DNA from: Glaucostegus cemiculus
Taxonomy: Eukaryota
Length of the DNA stretch: 64,000 nt
Assembly: GCA_976551045.1 (NCBI GenBank)
Contig: CDPCPM010000074.1
Location: 7,688,001 to 7,752,000 of the forward strand
Direction: 5' to 3'
Shown: piece after piece, positions 38,593 to 48,871 of the stretch
Position numbering within the stretch: the first letter of the stretch is position 1
How the letters are laid out: every line of letters starts with the position of its first letter
The notes under the pieces: generated by a model
What the model was told of the DNA's origin: nothing
The model's database searches: none
The model's input: the letters and a program-made list of their open reading frames with translations, nothing else
Position numbers and translations under genes: made by a program

Positions 38593-38855
38593 GGGCGGCA
38601 CGATAGCGTAGCGGTTAGCGTGACGCTGTTACAGTGCCAGCGATTGGGGTTCGTTTCCCATCACTGACTGTAAGGAGTTTGTATGTTCTCCCGTGTCTGC
38701 ATGGGTTTCCTCCGGGTGCTCCGGTTTCCTCCCACATTCTAAAAAAAGGCATGCGGGTAGGGGGTTTAAAATGGGCGGCGCGGACTCGTTGGGCTGAAAG
38801 GGCCTGTTACCACCCTGTGAATAAAAATTTTTTTTAAATTAAAAAAAAAATTAAA
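38593..38855 (+). mobile_element. V-SINE with CR1-like tail and A-rich end
   Basis: gggcggcacgatagcgtagcggttagc; ggttcgtttcc; V core; tail ggactcgttgggctgaaagggcctgttacc...aataaaaa. Confidence 0.88.
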
Positions 38856-39009
38856 TCTCAAGTCCTCGGGATGGTGCATCCCACCTTCTAATTAAGCCTT
38901 GGGTAAACACCTTTTGTGTCATGGCCACCTAGAAAATACTGACACTAGGTACCTACTAAGTAGTCTGTAATTTCTTTGTCATCACCTGTGAGTTTTTTGT
39001 CCCATCCCT

Positions 39010-39250
39010 ATTCCAGCCAGAAAAGAAATTCTACCTATTTCCATCCTAAATGGTTGGGGTCTTATCTTGAGACTCTCCTCCCTGGTTCTAGACTTCCCCG
39101 CTTGGGGAAAGAACTCTCAGCATCCACACTGTCAAACCCTCCCAAAATATATTTCAAAGGGAAAGTATTCCATTCTTCCAAGCTCCAAGGAATATGGGCC
39201 AAATCTACTTAGTCTCGTATTGATGGATAATCCTTAAATCCCAGGAATAA
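39010..39250 (-). mobile_element. CR1 ORF2 C-terminal remnant
   Basis: gaaaagaaattctacc...ctggttctagacttcccc...tcagcatccacactgtcaaaccc. Confidence 0.55.
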
Positions 39251-41045
39251 AATATCTTTTGCTCATCCCCCATGATTATTGAATCCATACAGCATTTGGT
39301 TTCTGTTCCCACTTCCCTTGGACACCTCCTGTCATGCATAGCAACCTTCCTCATAGTCCTCCTTGCCTGTCACTAGCACCCATTGCCTGAGATGATATTA
39401 TTATCAACATTGTTCTAGTAACCTAAGCCAATAGCTCAAAACTGCATTGAATGTGCTGCTAACCTTGTTCTGAAGCTTATCAGCATGCACTGAGGGGGAG
39501 AAAGGTTTGTACAATGCAAGAATGGATGATCTTTTAAGAATTCAGAAGAACAATCCACTTGGAGATGGGTATGGGGAAAACCATAACCAGCTTCACTGTG
39601 CAATACCAGTGAGTGACATTGTTTTACATCTGAATGGGTATCAATAAAACAAACCTTTAATCCTTTTGGTGGAAAATATAAAAACAACCTCTGTTTTGGA
39701 TAGGTTGCTGTGAATCTGTTTTCTTCAATTTCAGGAAAGACATGAATTATGTAATGTATCAATACATTATCCATGTTCTCTCAGATTGTAGATGAGTGAG
39801 GTAGTGTAGCAAAGTGCATGTAATTGGCAAATAAATTCTTCGTGAAATATGTAATCTCAAATTAATAGTTTAAAAGTCAATTTTGAAGAGCTTTCAGTAT
39901 CCGTGTCGAGGTGTACTCTATCAAGCTGCCATTACTGCCCAATGACACAAAGGCTTCCCGCTTTTGTTTTTATATATGGTGTTCTGCAAAATCATGTTGT
40001 CAACAACAAAGCAGATGGGTACAAAAGGTCAGCTGAAGACAGGCATGTACGCACTGTTTGTTACTTCTCCCAGCATCTGTGATTCACTGTGAACCATGAA
40101 TCAATGAGGTACAATGGAAAACATTGCATTAAATCCATTTAAAATAAATGAATCCATTTTTCACATGATGTTTAGATCTTTTATTGTGCAATTTGAATTA
40201 CTGAAGCAGATAGAATCATTAACATTGAGATTTGACTGAATAGAAATGGCAGGCACAGATAAATGGGCTATGGAACCATTCTCAGGGAATCGGGGGAAAC
40301 TTTCAGGGAATCGTGTGATTTCCACATGCATCTGGATGTGGTACCAGTGCAACGAGCAGTGCTCAGGGGTCAGAGTGAGCAAATAGCATGTGCATACCAA
40401 ATAGAAGGAATTCATGAAGATGTCATGCATAGTAGTGATGCCTTGTCTATTGAAGTACAGCCATGGTGCAAATAAATGTGGCCCTTGGGATGGGTCAGTC
40501 CACACCACACTCGCAGCTTCCTGCAGTCCCACTGGCCAATCCATGCTCCTGCTGAAGGCTCACTGTCAGTCCCCAGTGGCTGGAGACTTCAGTAGTCAGA
40601 CAGTGTGGGGTCCAGGAGGAGCAGCCTGGAAGCTGCAGATGAAGACCTAAGGTAGGGCTGGACTTGGCCCCCACCTCCTCTCCACAGTCAATCCTGCAGT
40701 CCCCAGGACCCATTCGTTGACAGGACTTGGGGTGGCCTTCAGAACCCCAGGTTGAAAAATGTAACCCATTGCCAGGCCATGAGCCAGAGAACCAGGGATT
40801 TCAGCAGATCCCAACTTCAGGACCTGAGTCCTGATCCAAGTCCACACCCAACTCTAGAACCAGCTGTACTATAATGATGAGCAGAAGTCTGTCACTACAA
40901 ATGGTGTGGGCATAGGTCTGACATTGTGTAAGAGGGTTACATTACTGTTCTGCACACACCTGTCACTGTATAACACCGGGGCACAGTGGTTGTGGACAGG
41001 TGTCTGTTAATTAGTCATAAGATCGGGGTTCAGTAACAGTCAAAA

Positions 41046-41394
41046 CAGGGCTGTCGCTGTGCAACACGGGTACCGTACGGGTGGGCACAGGGCTGTCGCT
41101 GTGCAACACGGGTACCGTACGGGTGGGCACAGGGCTGTCGCTGTGCAACACGGGTACCGTACGGGTGGGCACAGGGCTGTCGCTGTGCAACACGGGTACC
41201 GTACGGGTGGGCACAGGGCTGTCGCTGTGCAACACGGGTACCGTACGGGTGGGCACAGGGCTGTCGCTGTGCAACACGGGTACCGTACGGGTGGGCACAG
41301 GGCTGTCGCTGTGCAACACGGGTACCGTACGGGTGGGCACAGGGCTGTCGCTGTGCAACACGGGTACCGTACGGGTGGGCACAGGGCTGTCGCT
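41046..41394. repeat. Minisatellite, 42-bp unit, 8 identical copies + 13 bp
   Basis: Unit cagggctgtcgctgtgcaacacgggtaccgtacgggtgggca starting at 41046, 41088 ... 41340, partial at 41382; no spacers. Confidence 0.98.
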
Positions 41395-41429
41395 CCACAA
41401 AACTGGGTTGCAGTACTGGTGGGTGCAGA

Positions 41430-42608
41430 AGACCGGGTCTTGAAGTTTGATAATGAGTTTGGATGGGATGGGTGTGTTGAACGCCAAGCCATAGTCGATG
41501 AACAGCAGCCTGACATGGGCTCCTCTTGTCCAGATGGTCCAGAGCAGAGTGAAGAGCCAGAGAAGTCACACCTGTCGTGGTGGTAGGCAAACTGAAGTAG
41601 ATCCAGGTCATCTGAGGCAGGAGTTGATTATTACCATAACCAACCCCTCAAAGCACTTCACTATGGTTGATGTAAGCACTGCCAGACAGTGATCATTGAG
41701 GCAGATCACCACATTCTTCTTGGGCACTGGTACAGTAGATACCATTTTGAAGCAAGTGGGAACCTCAGACTGCCGAAGCAGGAGCTTGAATACAGTATGT
41801 CTGTAAAGACTGCAGCCGGTTGGTCCATACAGATCTTTAGTACTCAGCCAGGTACGCTGTCTGGACCAGATGCCATTTGTAGATTCATCCTCTTGAAGGA
41901 TTCCCGGAGCTCAGCCTCAGGGACTGATTACAGGGTCATCTGGAGATGTGGGGGGCTCCTGTGGGTGTGTCATAGTTCTCCCTATCAAAGCCTGCATAAA
42001 AGTCATTGAGCACTCTGGGAGTGATGGGTCACTGCCACTTATGCCAACCGATCTTGCCTTCTAGGAAGTAATATTGTGCAAGACCTGCCACAGCTGTTGA
42101 GTGTCCATACAGGATTCCAGTCTGGTCCAAAATTTCCTCTTTGCACTTGCAATGGCCTTCTGGAGGTCACACTTGGACTACTTGTGTAACCCTGGATCAC
42201 CTGCCCTAAACACCACAGATCCAGCCCTCAGCAGATTACAAGTCTCCTGGTTCATCTAGGGCTTCTGGTTGGGAAAGACTTGGAATGTTTGTTGTGGGGA
42301 CACACTTGATAACAAATGTCCTTTATGAAGTCGGTGACAACTGTAGCATATTCATTTAGGCCTGCTGATGAATCCTTGTACGTGGTCCAGTTAACCAACT
42401 TAAAGTGATTCCCGAATTCGTTCCTCTGCTGTCCTCTTCACCAGTGCTGCGCTTTTCAGTCTCTGTACGCAGGTGGAAGCAGCACAGCCGGGTGGGCAGA
42501 TTTACCAAAGTGTGGGCAAGGGATGGAGCAGTAGGTGTTCTTGATGGTCTAGCTGTGGTTGAGTGTGTTGTGTCCTCTAGTATTACAGGTGATGTGTTGA
42601 TGGTGGTT
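41430..42608 (-). mobile_element. Rex1/Babar LINE, endonuclease C-terminus to RT N-terminus (continues at 45741)
   Basis: Minus strand: NHHQHITCNTRGHNTLNH, PCPHFGKSAH, FPNQKP.MNQE, VRLLFIDYGLAFNTPIPSKLIIKL. Confidence 0.85.
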
Positions 42609-45600
42609 ACATAGAACATTACAGCATAGTACAGGCCCTTTGGCTCACAATGTTGTGCTGACATTTTATCCTGCTCTAAGATCTATCTAACCCTTCCCCC
42701 TCACATAGCCCTTCATTTCTCTATCATTCACGTGCTTATCTATGAGTCTCTTAAATGCCCCTAATGTATCTGCCCTCACAACCTCTGCAGGCAGTGCATT
42801 CCACACACCACTGTATTTTTCAAAAACAAAATGATTGCCTCTGACATTCCTCCCCCCGCCCCCCAATACCTTCCTCCAATCACCTTAAAATGATGCCCCT
42901 TGTGTAGGCCATTTTCACCCTGGGAAAATGTCTCTGACTGTCCACTCGATCTATGCCTCTTATCATCTTGTACACCTCTATCAAGTCACCTCTCATCCTC
43001 CTTCTCTCCGAAGAGAAAAGCCCTAGCTCACTCAACCTGTCCTAATAAGACATGGTCTTCAATCCAGGCAGCATCCTGGTAAGTCTCCTCTGCACCCTCT
43101 CTAAAGCTTTCACATCCTTCCTATAATGAGGCAACCAGAACTAAACACAATACTCCAAGTGTGGTCTAACCAGAGCTGCAACATTACCTGGCAGCTCTCA
43201 ATACCCTGACCAACACACCATATGCTGCCTCAACAACCCTATCAACTTGCATGGCAATTTTAAACTATGGACTTGGACCCCAAGATCCCTCTGTTCCTCC
43301 ACACTGTTAAGAGTCCTGTCATTAACCTTGTATTCTGCCTTCATATTTGATCTTCCAAAGTGTATCACTTCGCACATTTCATGGTTGAACTCCATCTGCC
43401 ACCTCTCAGCCCAGCTCTGCATCCTATTAATGTCCTGTTGTAACCTACAACAACCTTCTACACCATCAACCTTCGTGTCATCTGCAAACTTACTAGATCA
43501 CAAGATAATGGAGCAGAAGCAGGCCAGTCGGCCTGTCGAGTCTGCTCCAAAGGGAAGGGAGGGTGGGGAAAAAGAGGATAACTAAAAAACCTATTCTAAG
43601 TCCAAATCCCCACCTTATCTCCATATCCCTTGATACCTTGACCAATTAGATATCTATTTCCTTCTTAAATATCCCCAATGATCTGGCTTCCACTGCTTTC
43701 TGTGGTAAGGAGTTCCACAGGTTCACCACCCTCTGGCTAAAGAAATTCCTCCTTATCTCTGTTGAACCTGCTTCCCCTGATTCTAAGGTTGTGCCCTCTA
43801 GTCCTGGACTCCCCACCAAGGGAAACAGCTTGACCACATTCACTTTGTCCATTCCTTTCAACATCGTGTACGTTTCTATTAGGTCCCCTCTCATTCTTCT
43901 GTACTCCAACGAGTACAGTCCAAGTGACGACAGTCGCTCATCATATGTAAGCTTTTTCATCCCAGGAATCATCCTAGTAAATCTCCTCTGAACCCTCTCC
44001 AACATCAGCACATCCTTCCTAAGGTATGGGGCCCAAAACTGCACACAGTACTCCAAGTGAGGCCTCACCAGTGCCCCGTATAGCCTCATCAACACTTCCT
44101 TGCTTTTATATACTATACCCCTTGAAATAAATGCCAACATAGCATTCGCTTTCCTTACCGCCGATCCAACCTGGCGGTTAACCTTTAGGTTATCCTGTAC
44201 AAGCACCCCTAAGTCCCTTTGTACTTCTGTGCTCCCAATTTTATCTCCTTCTAAATAATAGTCTGCCCATTTATTTCTACTTCCGAAGTGTACAACTGCA
44301 CATTTTTCCACGTTGAACCTCATCTGCCATTTCTTCGCCCATTCTCCTAGACTATCCAAGTCTCTCTGTAACTTTCCTGTCTCCTCACTACTCTCCACTC
44401 CCCCCCCCCCAATCTTAGTGTCATCCGCAAACTTGGCCACAAACCCATTAACTCCTTCGTCTAAATCATTAATATACAAGGTAAAAAGAAGGGGCCCCAA
44501 CACCGACCCCTGCGGAACACCACCAGTAACCGGCAGCCAACCAGAACAGGAACCTTTTATTCCCACCCTCTGTTTCCTGCCATCCAGCCAACGCTCCACC
44601 CATTCTGTTATCCTGCCTGTTATTCCGTGATCTCTCATCTTACTAATTAGTCTTTTGTGCGGCATCTTGTCGAATGCCTTCTGAAAGTCTAAATACACTA
44701 CATCTACGGCCTCTCCCTTGTCCACCCTGCCTGAGATTTCTTCAAAAAACTCCAATAAATTGGTCAGGCAGGATCTTCCCTTCACAAACCCATGTTGACT
44801 AGGACCTATCTTGCCTTGCACCTCCAAGTATCCCATCACCTCATCCTTGAGGATCGATTCTAGTATCTTCCCCACCACAGACGTAAGACTGATAGGTCTG
44901 TGATTTCCTTTATGCTGTCTCCCACCTTTCTTATACAATGGAAGTACATTCGCAACCCTCCAGTCCTCCGGAACCACTCCAGCATCTATCGATTCCTGAA
45001 AAATTATCACTAATGCCTCCACTATTTCTAAAGCTACTTCCTTCAGTACACGGGTATGTATCTCATCCGGTCCCGGAGACTTATCAGTCTTTAACCCATT
45101 TAGTTTCCCCAACACTTTCTCTCTAGTAATCTTAACTGTACTCAATTCTGTCCCTCGAGACCCTTGACTAACCGATATACTGTTAATATCTTCCACCGTG
45201 AAGACTGACGCAAAATACTGATTTAGCACCTCCACCATCTCTTTATCATCCATAATAGTCTCTCCCGCATCATTTTCTATCGGTCCTATATCAACCCGCG
45301 TCTCTCTTTTACTAGTGCATCCTTCCGCATCCTCCTCCAAGTCATTTATAAAAATTGCAAAGAGCAGGGGTCCCAGAACAGATCCCTGTGGGACACCCCT
45401 GGTCACCAATCTCCAGTCAGAATACGCTCCGTCTACCACCACCCTCTGTCTTCTATGAGCGAGCCAATTCTGAATCCACACAGCCAAGTTTCCCTGAATC
45501 CCATGCCTCCTGACTTTCTGAATGAGCCTTCCACGAGGAACCTTATCAAACACCTTACTAAAATCCATGTACACCACATCCACTGCTCTACCTTCATCAG

Positions 45601-45740
45601 TGTGCTTTGTCACATCCTCAAGGAATTCAGTCAGGCTCGTGAGGCATATCCTGCCCCTCACAAAGCAATTCTGACTGTCCCTAATCAGCCCATGCTTCTC
45701 CAAATGCCCATAAATCCTGACTCTATGAATCTTCAGAGAC
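42609..45740 (-). mobile_element. CR1 LINE C, 5'-truncated, inserted in Rex1 and itself split by CR1 D
   Basis: 3' tail acatagaacattacagc; SWAERWQMEFN; 5' part RIYGHLEKHGLIRDSQ...RGVPQGSVLGPLLF at 45316-45735. Confidence 0.9.
43497..45308 (-). mobile_element. Young CR1 LINE D, 5'-truncated, open RT frame; 7-bp TSD
   Basis: ttactag at 43490-43496 and 45309-45315; KSPGPDEIH, SQHGFVKGRSCLTNL, GGVPQGSVLGP, AKFADDTKI. Confidence 0.95.
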
Positions 45741-46015
45741 TTGGGTAGGGACTTCTTCAAGTCTCCTGCCACGAGGTGACGGACGTCAGGGTATGCTGCT
45801 TCATTCTTGATTGCAGCACTTAGTTCCTCAAGTGCTAGCTTGATGTCTGCCTGAGGTGAGACATAGACTGCAGTCACGATGACAGCCGTGAACTCCTGCG
45901 GTAGGTAGATCGATTGGCACTTCACTGCCAGATGTTCCATGTTGGGGGAGCAGAAATGGGACAAGACCGCTATGTCTGTGCACCACAAGTCTATCATAAA
46001 GCAGATACTGCCCAA
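43646..46015 (-). other. 789-codon chimeric ORF (Rex1 endonuclease piece + CR1-C partial RT + CR1-D RT)
   Basis: Given in the ORF track (TTG start; first ATG at codon 7); the DVVYxDFxKxFDKxP and GVPQGSVLGP blocks each occur twice; junctions coincide with element boundaries. Expression unknown. Confidence 0.8.
45741..46010 (-). mobile_element. Rex1/Babar LINE endonuclease fragment (5' part of the element at 41430)
   Basis: ICFMIDLWCTD...CSPNMEHLAVKCQSIYLPQEFTAVIVTAVYVSPQAD...AGDLKKSLP joins NHHQH at 42608. Confidence 0.88.
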
Positions 46016-46439
46016 TGGAAGGTCAGCTCATTTAAAATATGTTAGCCAAGGCTCTGGCATTTTGCATACTGTACATTTAGGAAAATCACAAGCTTCCAGG
46101 TTCAGGGGTGTGTGTGTGTCTGCATGTGCATTGCTGCCACTGTTCTTTCAAAGTGATGGGAAAGAAATTCTCATTTGACAAATTGATAGCTTTGGCCTGT
46201 AAGTTTGACCATGTGGCAAGGAGCTTTTAGCAATGACTGATTGAATGGAACACTGCTCAGATATTCAGTTTCATTGGAGGAGGAAGCCTAATCTGAAAGA
46301 ACCTCGAAGATATTGTGCACGCACACACAGCACATGGGTCCTCTTTCATTTATTTGCTTCCAGTGTGTGGCCATCCCTGCAATGCTGCATTTATTATCCA
46401 TTCCCAACTGCCCCCATTTCAGAGCACATTTTACAGCCA

Positions 46440-46600
46440 ACGTGAGCCCAGTTAAATAAGAATAGTGATAATGAATGAAATAGGTTTTTGGAACAATCCA
46501 GTACTGTAAAGGTCACTGTAACAGAGACTAGTTTTTTATTTTTAATTGTTTTAATTAAAATTTCTATTTGCCCTGGTAGAATTTGGACCCATGTACTCCT
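46440..46600 (-). mobile_element. S2 SINE remnant
   Basis: aggtttttggaacaatccag...ggtcactgtaacagagactagtttttt...ggtagaatttggacccatg is the reverse of the 62110-type head. Confidence 0.5.
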
Positions 46601-47389
46601 CTACTCCACAAACACATCAAAACCTTTGACCTGACCACTCCTCTGTCCAATACCTAAGTGGGACCCTCCATCCACTAATGTCCTGAATCAATCTTCAAGC
46701 TCCCAATATTACTCACCCAGGGCCTCTTTTTCACTGTGACACCCCTCCCTGGACATCAAACACAAAGAAGGCATCTGGGTGTGAAAAAACTGACAGGTCT
46801 ATTTGTTAACAGGGTCTGAGTCCATCATGGGCTTTGGCATGGAGGCATGGAGGTCAGTGGGTATTGGGGAAAAGATGAGGGGCTTATAACCAAGATGGGT
46901 GTATACCAGCAGCGGTCATGAGTGAGATTGGATTGTCTGGGCAAGATTAGAGGATCAGTGTCTGCGGTAGGAGTGAGGACTCAGGAAGGGTGATATTGCC
47001 ATGTTGGGAGGGGAGCTAAAGGCTTAAATGTAAGTCTTTGGTTGATGTAGTATTGAGTGTATAATAGCTTTAAGAGGAGTAGCACGTGACCTGCTGCTCT
47101 GTATGCTGTTGACACAAATGCTTCCATGTAGAAACTAGACAGAACCAGTTTGCCTGACTGGAAGCAAGACGCAACAAAAACACTTCCCTCATTGTAACCT
47201 TTAAGAAAGTATCCTGGTTGTTCACCTGAACCACCAATATCTTGGAGAAATAATCTGCACCATATCTCATTATAATACTGAACACCTGGCATAGTGGTAC
47301 CAGGTGACCATGCTATGTGCTGTATGTTATTGGTATAAATATTTCAGTGTAAAATGGAGGTGAAATCAGGGAGGGTATGTTGATATTCT

Positions 47390-47560
47390 GCAAGAGGAGG
47401 TGGTAGAAGCAGATATGAAAGCAACGTTTAAGAGGCATTTAGATAGACATGAACAGGCAGAGAATGGAGGAATATGGACCATTGTCAGGCAGATGGGATT
47501 AGGTACATTAGCACCGTGGTCGACATATACATGGTGGGCTGAAGGGTCTGTTTCTGTGCT
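47390..47560 (+). mobile_element. CR1 3' UTR fragment
   Basis: ggtggtagaagcagat...acgtttaagaggcatttagatagacatgaac...gtgggctgaagggtctgtttctgtgct. Confidence 0.75.
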
Positions 47561-48038
47561 TAACTGGGTATGACCATTTTGTCCAACTGGAATTGGACCA
47601 CAGCAAAAATGCTGACCCCTATTGTAAGCTTTCTTTTTTGTTCAATAAACTACAACCCGTTGTTAATTTGAATGACCTACTATTTTCTGATATCATGACA
47701 GGTAGATACTGAGACAGAAAAGATCTTAGTTTACACGGGCTGGTTCAATGCTGCACTCTGTAGATGTAATTGTCTTAAAGTGCCCAATGATAGTCACTTC
47801 CTGGAGAATTTAGTCTAATTTCCTCCATGATTTTCTTTATATAAAAAAAAGGACTGCAAAGGGAATTTTCATCCCAGATGTGCCTATTGCAGAAATCACA
47901 TTGCATACATGGGTAAATCAAGGATGGAAGTTCCCGGTCAAAGTTCTGGAGTGACGCAATATAATTACGTTTCACTTCTGGAAAAATGGAGTTTCAATTT
48001 GAAAACATTGTAAAACAGTGTTCTGTTTGAATTTCTGG

Positions 48039-48871
48039 TGTTATGAAACCAGCAACAAAAGAAGCACACCAAGTCATAATTCAGTGTTAAAACTACTTTA
48101 TTAATAACTAGATCTGATAATACATAAAATAAGAACAAAAAGTTAGTATATTAGTACAAAACCAAATATTAGAATCTTAAACTGTAACCCCAAAACTACT
48201 CGTCGTGTGTGTGTGGCAAATTCCCAAACTCCAAGTCCAGGAATTAGTTCTTAAAGTTCAGTTCAATAAGCCGTAAAATGAAACATGAATAAAGGCTTCT
48301 TCACAAGCACCGTCCACCGAAGACAAAACATAGATATAGAGAGAGATTAGAGAGGAATCACGAAATCCGAATTTTCCACTTGAAACTCAAACGACACTTC
48401 AGGGCTTACTCGGTAGTGACTTTCTCACCCCGAAAACTCCTGGATCGTGACTGTCCATGCAAATACCTGTGTTTTTCTACAGGTTAGCAGCAAAGTGAAT
48501 TCAGTCACTTTGTTCCACAGTATCTGCCACTCTGAAGAGCATCCAAAATGTGGTTGTCCACGCAAACACCTGTGTCCTTCTACAGGTTACCGACAAAGTG
48601 AACTCCACTGGACTACTCCAGAAATCCATCCACAGATTTTAGTGACAAACACAGTTACTGTCCTTCATCCATCGACAGAAACAAAACAGGCTGCCGTCTC
48701 TCCTTCTCTCTCTCCGTCTGTTTGTCTCTCTCTCTCTTTCTCTTTTTTTTCTTCGTAATAACCTCATCACGTTCGTCTTATCTTCTGTTGACGTAATACG
48801 TTCTTGTAGGCACACACACACAATGTCCCATCTTAAAGGGATATTTGCCAATAGTAAGCTACTTCGTAACA
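48039..48871 (-). mobile_element. Solo LTR (same family as 28508), 833 bp
   Basis: Reverse complement of 28508-29320 over its whole length; TG...CA ends; TSD ctgg (48035-48038, 48872-48875). Confidence 0.92.

Noticed and set aside
41046-41394. CRISPR-like array or repeat-protein gene (ORFs of 120-193 aa on both strands)
   Set aside because: Units are contiguous and identical with no spacers and no cas genes. The ORFs exist only because the 42-bp unit is a multiple of 3 and lacks stop codons.
28508-48871. One 20-kb provirus or composite transposon bounded by the LTRs
   Set aside because: The LTRs are inverted, have different self-contained TSDs, and I saw no gag or integrase between them.
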